Virus record (IMG/VR): IMGVR_UViG_3300043673_000060 | Strand: one strand, 5' to 3' | Length of the DNA: 59,088 bases | DNA from: an uncultured virus (IMG/VR IMGVR_UViG_3300043673_000060) | Lineage: Duplodnaviria; Heunggongvirae; Uroviricota; Caudoviricetes | In this document: piece after piece, positions 18,669-27,322 of the stretch | How the letters are laid out: each line of letters opens with the position of its first letter | Numbering within the stretch: the stretch's first letter is position 1 | Notes under the pieces: generated by a model | What the model was told of the DNA's origin: nothing | What the model saw: only the letters and a program-made list of their open reading frames with translations | Database searches by the model: none | Program-made: the position numbers and the translations under genes

Positions 18669-20582
18669 ATGAAACTCGTCTACAAGTTCGCCGCCGCCGC
18701 GCCACACGAAAATTCGGATCTCGTCGCCGCACAAATGCGGCTGGGGCACAAGTACCGCAACACGCTCACGGAGATCGAGCGCGGCAGGCGCGCCGCCGTG
18801 CGCGCCGCCGAGACGGAGATCGGCGACATGTCGGCTGCACGGAAGGCGTTGTCGGCCGCCGTGGCCGAGGTGGATCTGGCCATGGGCGCCATCGCGCGCC
18901 ACCGCGCTCACTCGCGCAAGCGCGACGAGCCGGCCGAGATGAGGCAAGCGTTCAAGACCGCCAAGGCGGCGAAGAAAGCGGCTGCTGACGCCTTCCGGGA
19001 AGTGCGAGACAAGCTACGTCTCGATCCGGGGCTCATCGACGCCAAGGATGCCATCGGCGAGCGCGCCAACGAACTGAGAGCCTCCGCGCGCGGCTACAGC
19101 GGCCTGGGCGAGCATGGCCCCCATTACGGCGCGTGGGGCACGTACTTGCTCGTCGAAAAAGCAGCCGGCGACTCCTTCAAGTCGATCGCGCTGTACGACA
19201 AGCGATCCGAGCCGGCCGATCCGAGCTTCGCGCGGTGGGTGGGCGAGTCGTCTGTCGGCGTTCAGCTGCAGGGCGGCCTCGCTGTCGCCGACGCCGTCAA
19301 CGGTGCCGACACGCAGGTCCGTATCACGCTGCCGGACGCGCGCGCATGGGACCGCCGTGGCCGCACGCACCGCGAATGCGAGCAGTTTGCGCGCCAAGCG
19401 CAGCTGTCCATCCGCATCGGGAGCGATGGACGCAGGCCCGTCTGGGCCAGTTGGCGCGTGGACATGCACCGACCGTTGCCAGACGGGGCCGTCCTCAAGG
19501 AAGTGGCCGTGCATTGCCGTAAGGAGGGGCCGTTTTCCAAGTGGTTCGCGACGTTCACGCTGGACGCGCCCGCAAAGGTGCGCGGCGGCTCGTGCGCAGG
19601 CTCCGGCACTGTCGCCGTGGACGTGGGATGGCGCGTCATGGGCGACGAGCTGCGGGTTGCTGGGTGGCAGGACGCGACCGGCGCCCGCGGGGAACTGCGT
19701 CTGTCCGCGAAAGACCTGGCCCTACTGCGCGCACCTGAAGCGCTGCGCTCGCAGCGCGACCTGCGATTCGACGTGGCTCGCGGGCGAGTCAACGCGTGGT
19801 TGCGAGCCAACAGCACGATTCTGCCCGACTGGCTCCGCCTCGCGTCCGCAAACATACACGCGTGGCGGGCAGAGTCGCGACTCGCGGGCCTGCACGGCCG
19901 GTGGCGCGGCGCCCGATTCGGTGGCGACGTCGAGATATACGACGTGCTCAGCAACTGGGCGTCGCGCGCCAGGCACGACTGGGCTGTCGAGAGTCAGGCG
20001 CGCGGACAGGCGCTGCGGCGTCGCCGCGAAAAGTACCGCGTATGGGCGGCGCAGCTGGCGACCCGGTACGACACGATTGTGATCGAGAAATTCGACAAAC
20101 GTAAGGTGGCCAAGAGGCCCGACACGGACGCGCAGTGCGCGCAGACGGCCGAGCAGATCGCCCGCGACGAGTATGCGCGTGCGCACCGCGTCCTGGCCTC
20201 CACGAGCGAGCTTTGCGGCTGCCTGGTGGATGCCGGGCGCAGTCGACAGAGCGCCGTGCTGGCCATGCCGTGCGCCGACACAACGAGAACATGTCCCACG
20301 TGCGGACTGGTCGAGTCGCGCGACGCGGCGGCGAGCGTGTCGCTCACGTGCGACTGCGGCGCCGCATGGGACCAGGACGTGGACGGGGCGCCGTCCATCC
20401 TGCTTGCACGCTGGCGCGAGCGGCCGGGCGATGCGCAAGTGCTGGCAGGCGCTCGCGAGGACGAAAACGCGAACGAAAACGGAGACAAGAAGGAAAGCAG
20501 GTGGGAGCGCGCGAGTCGAATGCGCGACGAGAAGTTGGCGAGAATGGCGACCGCTCGCGCAATGGCCAGCAATGGCGCGTAA
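18669..20582 (+). CDS. cas12m: Compact type V CRISPR effector, Cas12m (V-M / V-U1)-like, TnpB-derived, 637 aa
   Basis: RuvC-I VAVDVGWR (D318), RuvC-II IVIEKFD (E473), zinc finger CPTC..CDC, RuvC-III WDQD (D570). N-terminal QMRLGHKYRN, VGVQLQ and MHRPLP segments recall Cas12m. A CRISPR array starts 23 nt after the stop. Confidence 0.82.
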   Translation: MKLVYKFAAAAPHENSDLVAAQMRLGHKYRNTLTEIERGRRAAVRAAETEIGDMSAARKALSAAVAEVDLAMGAIARHRAHSRKRDEPAEMRQAFKTAKAAKKAAADAFREVRDKLRLDPGLIDAKDAIGERANELRASARGYSGLGEHGPHYGAWGTYLLVEKAAGDSFKSIALYDKRSEPADPSFARWVGESSVGVQLQGGLAVADAVNGADTQVRITLPDARAWDRRGRTHRECEQFARQAQLSIRIGSDGRRPVWASWRVDMHRPLPDGAVLKEVAVHCRKEGPFSKWFATFTLDAPAKVRGGSCAGSGTVAVDVGWRVMGDELRVAGWQDATGARGELRLSAKDLALLRAPEALRSQRDLRFDVARGRVNAWLRANSTILPDWLRLASANIHAWRAESRLAGLHGRWRGARFGGDVEIYDVLSNWASRARHDWAVESQARGQALRRRREKYRVWAAQLATRYDTIVIEKFDKRKVAKRPDTDAQCAQTAEQIARDEYARAHRVLASTSELCGCLVDAGRSRQSAVLAMPCADTTRTCPTCGLVESRDAAASVSLTCDCGAAWDQDVDGAPSILLARWRERPGDAQVLAGAREDENANENGDKKESRWERASRMRDEKLARMATARAMASNGA

Positions 20583-20605
20583 TGATTAGTGTCCTACGGG
20601 GACCT
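20409..20605 (+). promoter_or_regulatory. Probable CRISPR leader overlapping the effector 3' end
   Basis: CGCGAGCG (20415-22) and CGCTCGCG (20450-57) form an inverted pair, with a direct CGCTCGCG copy at 20552-59. The same segment precedes the other two arrays. Confidence 0.7.
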
Positions 20606-21201
20606 GGTGAAACGAAGCTCCACCTGGCAAGCGGTGGAGACCTCTCCCACTCGCCCTCTGCGCGCACCCCTGCGACGGGTGAAACGAAGCTCCACCTGGC
20701 AAGCGGTGGAGACGTACGGCAAGGCGCCGCGTCCTCGGCGGGCGACGGCTCGGTGAAACGAAGCTCCACCTGGCAAGCGGTGGAGACAAAGTGCCCGTGT
20801 GGTGTTACGACAACCTGGTCGCGGGTGAAACGAAGCTCCACCTGGCAAGCGGTGGAGACATGGCGTCGATGACCGCCGCTTCGGGGTCGGGAAAGGGTGA
20901 AACGAAGCTCCACCTGGCAAGCGGTGGAGACAAGATCGGCCGGACCAACGACCCGTGGCGACGGGCGGGGGCCTAGGTGAAACGAAGCTCCACCTGGCAA
21001 GCGGTGGAGACGGAGCCGCCGCCTCGAAGTGGATCGGCTCAGTCATGGGTGAAACGAAGCTCCACCCGGCAAGCGGTGGAGACCGTGACGAACGAGCGCG
21101 CCCGTGCCCGGTGCGGCGCCGGTGAAACGAAGCTCCACCTGGCAAGCGGTGGAGACGAGGCGACGGGTGAAACGAAGCTCCACCTGGCAAGCGGTGGAGA
21201 C
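20606..21201 (+). CRISPR. CRISPR array 2 (effector-adjacent): 9 repeats, 8 spacers (36, 38, 36, 36, 44, 36, 37, 9 nt)
   Basis: GGTGAAACGAAGCTCCACCTGGCAAGCGGTGGAGAC at 20606, 20678, 20752, 20824, 20896, 20976, 21048 (one variant base), 21121 and 21166; stem CTCCACC/GGTGGAG. Confidence 0.98.
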
Positions 21202-21286
21202 CGAAAAGCCCCCGAGAACGGAGCGGCGCCCCGCCACTTGACGAATGACCCAAACGTCACCATACTGATTGGTGAGGATGCCACCC

Positions 21287-21766
21287 ATGAAGCTCTGTCT
21301 TCTCTCCGTTTTTCTCCTGGTCGGTTGCGGTGGCGCCCCGTTCTCGGAGGGCCTTGTCGACCCCGTCGAGGCCTCGGCCGAGGCCGGCGACGAGGTTGGC
21401 GACCCGCAACCGGACGCGGGACGGGACAGCGCCCCGGAAGCCGGGGGAGGGGATTCTGCGAGCTGGGTGGCAGAAGCGGGGGAGGCGGGGTACGAGGGCG
21501 GGACCGTGGACAGTGGGGTCGACACGGGGGCGGTGGAGGCGGGGGTGGTATGTCCGGGGTATTTGCCGTGCAACGTGAATCGGAACTGGCCGGGCGCATT
21601 TTGCCTCGTTCGCACGGGCGGCGGCGACGACGACTTCACGGCGCCTGCCGCGTGCAACAGCTGCGGCACGTACACGTGCGCCTGCATCCTCGCGAACTCA
21701 ACATTCGCAGTCGGGTGCGCCTGTTCGCTTAGTAGCGACGGTGCCGCTATGGTCGTCTGCCCGTAA
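21287..21766 (+). CDS. Cys-rich lipoprotein
   Basis: MKLCLLSVFLLVGC lipobox, acidic linker, Cys-rich C-terminus; promoter TTGACG-N17-CATACT upstream. Confidence 0.75.
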   Translation: MKLCLLSVFLLVGCGGAPFSEGLVDPVEASAEAGDEVGDPQPDAGRDSAPEAGGGDSASWVAEAGEAGYEGGTVDSGVDTGAVEAGVVCPGYLPCNVNRNWPGAFCLVRTGGGDDDFTAPAACNSCGTYTCACILANSTFAVGCACSLSSDGAAMVVCP

Positions 21767-21861
21767 TCGTCGCGCTTCCGTTCGCCGTCCGCCCGCGCTA
21801 GGTGGAACGTTATGGGTGAGAAGACCGGGATCGCATGCGTGGTTCCCGCACTGGAGATCGG

Positions 21862-23910
21862 ATGAGCCAGTTCATCGACGGCCCGATGGGCCGTTTCGAG
21901 ATTCCGGACGCCCCCGAAGCCACGCGGCGCTGCTGCGAGGCGATTGCGCGCGAGGTCTGGGGCGGCGAGTACGCGCACGCCTCTCTACCTCACGCCCAAA
22001 TCGGTCGCGTGCTCGACATCGGGGCCGGCTGGGGCGCGTTCACTGTGTGGGCGCAGCGTGAATGGCCCGAGGCCGTCATCGAGTGCTACGAGCCGCATGC
22101 CGGGGCGTGCGCGTACCTGCGACGCAACGCCCCGAACGCCGTCGTGCACGAGACGGCCGTCACCGTTCAGCCCACGGCGACGCTTTCGGTGGGCGCCCAC
22201 GACACTCTCGACAACTGGGGAGCCCGTACCATCCAAGGTGTAGCGGGCGGCGAAGCCGTCGCCGTGTTGCATCCGCGCGATCTGCCGCCGTGCGACATCC
22301 TGAAATGCGACGCCGAGGGCGTGGAGCCCGAGGTGCTCGAAAGCTACCCGCACCTGGCCGGCGTGAAGGCCATCCTGTACGAGTTTCACAACGCCGTGCA
22401 CCGCGCGGGCCTTGCCGAGTTTTGCAGGCTTGCGGGGTTCCGGTGCCTGCGGGAGGTGCAGGTTGGCGCGCACAGCGCACTCCTCGTGTGGGGCCCCAGC
22501 CTCTGGGTCCGCGGCGTCGCGCGGCCGTCGATCCCGAAGACCATTCACCAGGTCTGGATTGGGCCGAAGCCTCCGCCCACGGCAATGATGGACACGTGGA
22601 AACGGATGCATCCCGACTGGCAGTACAAGCTCTGGACAGATGCGCGCGGCTGGATGAACCAGGACAAGATCGATTCCATGCCGGAACTCAACGGCAAAGC
22701 AGATCTGATACGCTACGAGATACTCGCGCGCTACGGAGGCGTGGCCCTGGATGCCGACAGCATCTGCGTGCGAAAGCTCGACGACGAACTGCTGGAACAC
22801 GAAGCGTTCGCGTGCTTCGAGAACGAGATCGCCCGTCCGGGACTCATCGCCTGCGGCGCGATGGGCGGAATTCCGGGCGCGCGCGTCTGGCGGGCCTGCG
22901 TGGAGGCAGGCAAGACCGCCGACACGACGCAGCCTGCGTGGCGTGGCGTCGGACCAGGCCTGCTCACGCGTGTGGCCGCCGCGATGGGGCCTGACGACCT
23001 CCACGTATTTCCAGCCCGGATGTTCATCCCGAAGCACTTCACGGGCATCGACGCGCCAGGCGAAGCGCCGATCTACGCCACGCAGCACTGGGGAAGCACC
23101 GTCGGTTACGACAAGCTGGTCGCTGCGCCGACGGACGGGCCCCTGGTGAGCATCGTCATCCCCTGTTACGGGCAGTCGCGCTGGCTTGGCGACGCGATCC
23201 GTAGCGCGAAGGCTCAGACCTACAAGAACACCGAGATCATCGTGGTCGCCGGCGACGACGAGTCAGCTGCCGTGGCGGAGCGGCACAAGGTCAAGGTCGT
23301 GCGCGACGGTGGCAATGGCCTCGCAAACGCCCGTAACGTGGGGATCGGCTACGCCGCTGGCGCATTCATCCTGCCGCTCGACGCCGACGACATGCTCGCG
23401 CCCAATTTTCTCGCCAAGACGGTGCCACTTGCCAACGACACCACCATCGTGGGCACGTTCATGCAGGAATTTGGCGAGCGACACCGCGCCATCGGTCTTC
23501 CGCGCTACGATCGGGCCCGTCTTCTCGACGAAAACCCGACGTTCGTGTGTTCCTTGTTCAGTAAGAAACTCTGGCAGGATGTCGGCGGCTACAATGTGGC
23601 GCCGTTCGGGTACGAAGACTGGTCTTTCTGGGTGTCCTGCTGCGAGCGCGGAGCCACGATCGTGCACGTCGAGGAACCGCTTTTTCGGTACCGTACGCAC
23701 GGCGGCCAAGACTCACTGTTCTGCCTGAAGCACGACGCCGTGCTGCGGGCCATGATTCGCCTGCTGCACCCCGATCTCGCCGGCGACAGCGCCCAGGGCG
23801 ACCTCGCCGTCGTACGCGCGATGCCCGAGGAGGTGCTAGCTCGCATGAAGCGCCGTCAGACCTGGTTTCCAGACAACGAAGCGTTACGTACGTGGCTGCA
23901 GCAAGGGTAA
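21862..23910 (+). CDS. FkbM-type methyltransferase + DXD (GT32-like) glycosyltransferase + GT2 fusion
   Basis: VLDIGAGWG and LKCDAEGVE; IPKTIHQVW..ADLIRYEILARYGGVALDAD; VSIVIPCY..GLANARN..PLDADD..EDW. Confidence 0.88.
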   Translation: MSQFIDGPMGRFEIPDAPEATRRCCEAIAREVWGGEYAHASLPHAQIGRVLDIGAGWGAFTVWAQREWPEAVIECYEPHAGACAYLRRNAPNAVVHETAVTVQPTATLSVGAHDTLDNWGARTIQGVAGGEAVAVLHPRDLPPCDILKCDAEGVEPEVLESYPHLAGVKAILYEFHNAVHRAGLAEFCRLAGFRCLREVQVGAHSALLVWGPSLWVRGVARPSIPKTIHQVWIGPKPPPTAMMDTWKRMHPDWQYKLWTDARGWMNQDKIDSMPELNGKADLIRYEILARYGGVALDADSICVRKLDDELLEHEAFACFENEIARPGLIACGAMGGIPGARVWRACVEAGKTADTTQPAWRGVGPGLLTRVAAAMGPDDLHVFPARMFIPKHFTGIDAPGEAPIYATQHWGSTVGYDKLVAAPTDGPLVSIVIPCYGQSRWLGDAIRSAKAQTYKNTEIIVVAGDDESAAVAERHKVKVVRDGGNGLANARNVGIGYAAGAFILPLDADDMLAPNFLAKTVPLANDTTIVGTFMQEFGERHRAIGLPRYDRARLLDENPTFVCSLFSKKLWQDVGGYNVAPFGYEDWSFWVSCCERGATIVHVEEPLFRYRTHGGQDSLFCLKHDAVLRAMIRLLHPDLAGDSAQGDLAVVRAMPEEVLARMKRRQTWFPDNEALRTWLQQG

Positions 23911-23917
23911 AACACAC

Positions 23918-24478
23918 ATGGGCATCGGCGAATTGCGTGGCTGGACCGACTTCCACGACATCTACAACGAGACCGCAGTGGCTGCGCGCGACGACTCGGT
24001 CCTGGTCGAGGTCGGGGTCGCCTTCGGATCGAGCATCGCGTACCTGGCACGCAGGCTCATCGACCTCAAGAAGCGCAGCGAACTGTATGCGGTCGACTCA
24101 TGGCCCATGGATCACACGACGTGGACCACGGATCCGTCGCTCGCGCTGCCCAAGGGAGCCTTCTACACGTTCTGCGCCGGCATGGTGCAGGCGGCTCCCG
24201 AGGAGCTAGAGCGGATCAACGTGATCCGGGCGCCTAGCGTCGCTGCAGCGGCGCTCATCGCGCGGCTCGGAGGCGCCGATTTCGTCTTCATCGACGCCGC
24301 GCACGACTACGACAACGTTAGAGCGGACATCGCGGCGTGGCTGCCGGTCATGCGCGCGGGCGGCGTGATCGCTGGACACGACTGCAACGCCGATCATCCT
24401 GGCGTCGTGCAGGCCGTACGCGAGCGGTTCGGGGACAGTTACCTCGTGCGCGGCAACAGCTGGTGGAAACAGCTCTAA
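23918..24478 (+). CDS. Class I SAM methyltransferase (Methyltransf_24-like)
   Basis: VEVGVAFGSS, FVFIDAAHDY and GGVIAGHD motifs. Confidence 0.85.
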   Translation: MGIGELRGWTDFHDIYNETAVAARDDSVLVEVGVAFGSSIAYLARRLIDLKKRSELYAVDSWPMDHTTWTTDPSLALPKGAFYTFCAGMVQAAPEELERINVIRAPSVAAAALIARLGGADFVFIDAAHDYDNVRADIAAWLPVMRAGGVIAGHDCNADHPGVVQAVRERFGDSYLVRGNSWWKQL

Positions 24479-24493
24479 ACGAGGGAACGATCC

Positions 24494-25966
24494 ATGACCG
24501 ATCCGGGCGAGATCTATACGGCCGCGTTCTACGCGGAGCATGCCGCTGGGCGAGACGAGTACAGGCGCGTCGCCGACGCGCTTCACGAGCTGTTCGGCGA
24601 CCTACACACCGTCGTCGACGTCGGCTGTGGGCCCGGCTTCGCCTTGCATCGACTGCAGGAGCTTGGCCATGATGTCCGTGGCATCGAGGGTTCGTTCCAC
24701 GCGCTCGATGTTTCGCCCATCAGCGACCAGATCAGCATCGCGGACATTACGACGCTGGAGGCCGAGACCTTCGAGAAAGCGGCGCTGGTCATGTGCACGG
24801 AGGTTGCCGAGCACCTGGACGCCGCTTACGCCGACAAACTGGTCGCTACACTCGCCGCGCTGGCTGAGACGGCCATCTACTTCACCGCGGCGCCGCCTGG
24901 CCAGGGCGGCCTCGATCACATCAACGAGCAGCCGCAGGAGTATTGGATCGAGAAATTCGACAAGGCCGGCTGGGTCCTGGATGCAGAACGGTCTGCTCAG
25001 CTGCGTGCGCGGCTCTTCGAGGTCATACAGACCCAAGTCTGGTATCCACTCAACTCGATGGTGTTCGTGCGGCGCGGCTGCACGCTCGCGGCCACGCCCA
25101 CAGTCGCGGCCACGGCCCCGGCGGACATCGCGGTAGCCATGGCTGTGCCGCTCTGCGGCTGGGATCCGGCCCGCATTGCATCGCGCGAGCGCCTCAAGAA
25201 GCAGCTCGGTCCTCCACCCGCGTGGGTCACGCCGAAGCTCATCGTCAGCGACCAGTGGGTCCACGTGTCCAGATGGTTTCGATCCGCCATCGACTGGGGC
25301 CTGGATCAGTCCGCGTCGCACTTCCTGCTCATGCAGGACGACGCGCGCGTGCCACCGGGCTTCTGGGAACACCTGCATGGCGTGATCGCGGCAAAACCGA
25401 ATCACGTCATCTCCCTGTACACGATCCATGTGGGCGCCAAGTCGATGGGTAACGCCGGCCTCAAATGGATCGCAACGATGGATCTCGTACCCGGCGTGGC
25501 GTGGCTGATGCCGATGGCCGTCTTGCGACAGATGCGACGCTGGGAAGAGACTGCGTTGCGGCCCGGCTACGAATTGCGGATGCCCGAGGACAGCCGCGTA
25601 GGCATGTTCTGCGCGGTGCACGCGCTGCCCATCCTGCAGCCCATACCGTCACTCGTCGAACACGGCGCTCCGGACGACAACCTGCCCAGCAACTACGGCA
25701 GCGACAAGCTCAACAGCCGTCGAGCGAGCCTCACGTGGAAGCAGGCGCCCATCCCCGCGCACTGGAACGGCCCCGCCATCTGGTGCGGACGTGGCTTCGC
25801 GGAGACGCCCGGATACGTCGCCCGCAACGTGCGCGAGTGGGACAACGATCTGATGACCCAAATTGAAAACGGGAGCCACCCTGCGCTCAGGGGGGCTCCC
25901 GCTCAAGGGATCGTCCCGTTCGTGGAGCCGGTGGAGCCGTCAGCGGCTACCAGTTCTGGATCGTGA
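24494..25966 (+). CDS. SAM methyltransferase fused to a GT-A-like domain
   Basis: VVDVGCGPG, CTEVAEHL and GQGGLDHINEQ; C-terminal LLMQDDA and SLVEH. Confidence 0.75.
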   Translation: MTDPGEIYTAAFYAEHAAGRDEYRRVADALHELFGDLHTVVDVGCGPGFALHRLQELGHDVRGIEGSFHALDVSPISDQISIADITTLEAETFEKAALVMCTEVAEHLDAAYADKLVATLAALAETAIYFTAAPPGQGGLDHINEQPQEYWIEKFDKAGWVLDAERSAQLRARLFEVIQTQVWYPLNSMVFVRRGCTLAATPTVAATAPADIAVAMAVPLCGWDPARIASRERLKKQLGPPPAWVTPKLIVSDQWVHVSRWFRSAIDWGLDQSASHFLLMQDDARVPPGFWEHLHGVIAAKPNHVISLYTIHVGAKSMGNAGLKWIATMDLVPGVAWLMPMAVLRQMRRWEETALRPGYELRMPEDSRVGMFCAVHALPILQPIPSLVEHGAPDDNLPSNYGSDKLNSRRASLTWKQAPIPAHWNGPAIWCGRGFAETPGYVARNVREWDNDLMTQIENGSHPALRGAPAQGIVPFVEPVEPSAATSSGS

Positions 25967-26708
25967 CGTTACCGATCGACGCGTCGGTCGCCGCGACGAC
26001 GCCGAGGGAGCCGACGCCGACCACGTAGACCTGTACGGACCCCAGGTAGCCGGCACTGACCGCCGAGGACTCGTACATCACTGTCGATGTTGCGAGGATC
26101 CACGACGAGCGCGTGAAGAAGACGTTGTAGGGGTTGCTGACGGTGGCGTTGCGGATCGGCACGTTGCTGATCAGCTTGGACCCAGCCACGAGCGTGATCT
26201 GCTGCGTCACGCGCCCGGGGTAGAACATCGGATCGGCCGACCCGACGACGGAGTACTTCGCCGCGAAAGACTTCCACTCCGTCCCAGGCCAGAACGTACC
26301 TTCCGGCCCGATCTGCACCACGCTCGCGAGCGGCGGGCTGACCTCGCCCCCGCCACCGATGACGGCGCCGTTCAGCCACCAGGTGGGTCGAAGGAGAATG
26401 AACGACGAGACGACAGTACCGGTGCCCTGGACTATCCACGGCCCCGCGTCGACCGCATTGACGTTCGGGAGCCCCTCGGGAATGAAGAGGTTGTCGCCGG
26501 TCACTAGCGGCACGCCGTCCTGCGCAGCGAGGGCGCCGACGGCCGTGCCGGTCAGCGTGCCGGTTCCGGTTCCGGTGTACGCCCCGATGTTCGTGGCGAC
26601 GGCGCGCGCACGAAACGCGCCCGTCTTGAAGTAACTCGCCTCCAACGCCAGCATCGCCAGCGTCTCGTCCATCGACGAATTGTGTCCAGACCTGTGTCCT
26701 CGGCTCAT
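25947..26708 (-). CDS. Putative spike/fibre protein with the shared N-terminal peptide
   Basis: MSRGHRSGHNSSMDETLAML N-terminus; DGVPLVTGD motif resembles phage structural proteins. Confidence 0.65.
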   Translation of the reverse strand: MSRGHRSGHNSSMDETLAMLALEASYFKTGAFRARAVATNIGAYTGTGTGTLTGTAVGALAAQDGVPLVTGDNLFIPEGLPNVNAVDAGPWIVQGTGTVVSSFILLRPTWWLNGAVIGGGGEVSPPLASVVQIGPEGTFWPGTEWKSFAAKYSVVGSADPMFYPGRVTQQITLVAGSKLISNVPIRNATVSNPYNVFFTRSSWILATSTVMYESSAVSAGYLGSVQVYVVGVGSLGVVAATDASIGNVTIQNW

Positions 26709-26836
26709 GATGTACCTGTCTCTCTTGGTGGGGATGGCGCGGAGGGCTTCCCCGCATGGGGAGCATCGCGCACGCTACACGACCTCGGTTGAGGCTTTAC
26801 AGTATGCTGGCTGGCAGATTCGGTCAATCACGCATC

Positions 26837-27322
26837 TTATGGGATGACGGCGTAGAACGTCCGTATGGTGACGGAACCGTTGGTGAGGCCGGCGAACGTG
26901 GTCCCCCCGGTCAGGTTCACCTCGACCAGCGGATGGTTGCCTCCCTGCGTCACATAGGCGTTGGGCGTGCCCAGGTCCTGCGCGAACAGGGCGCCCGGTG
27001 CCGCCAAGTCGTTCCCAGACGTAGGGACAACCAATCTCGCTCCGACGCCGTCCATGGCCACGTACGCCCACGCGTGCGTCAGTCCCGCACCAGTGAACGT
27101 GTTATTCAGCAGCATCTCCATCGCCATCACGCGAGCATTCGCCGGTAGCGCTGCGCCCGTGAACTCGGCGTTGGTCACGGCGCCCGCTGCTTGCAGCGCC
27201 GCAAGGTTGAACGTATCGACCTGGTAGGTGACTCCGCCGCTCCTGATGGCGCGCGACGCCGCAATCGCTGCCAACGTCTCGTCCATCGACGAATTGTGTC
27301 CAGACCTGTGTCCTCGGCTCAC
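26837..27322 (-). CDS. Putative virion protein with the shared N-terminal peptide
   Basis: GTG start, VSRGHRSGHNSSMDETLA; beta-rich. Confidence 0.6.
   Translation of the reverse strand: MSRGHRSGHNSSMDETLAAIAASRAIRSGGVTYQVDTFNLAALQAAGAVTNAEFTGAALPANARVMAMEMLLNNTFTGAGLTHAWAYVAMDGVGARLVVPTSGNDLAAPGALFAQDLGTPNAYVTQGGNHPLVEVNLTGGTTFAGLTNGSVTIRTFYAVIP

Noticed and set aside
18669..20582. Ordinary IS605 TnpB transposon
   Set aside because: No TnpA or IS ends adjacent, larger than typical TnpB, and directly followed by a regular CRISPR array.
12670..27322. Diversity-generating retroelement behind the repeated gene segments
   Set aside because: No reverse transcriptase is visible, the repeats are N-terminal, and differences are not adenine-specific.
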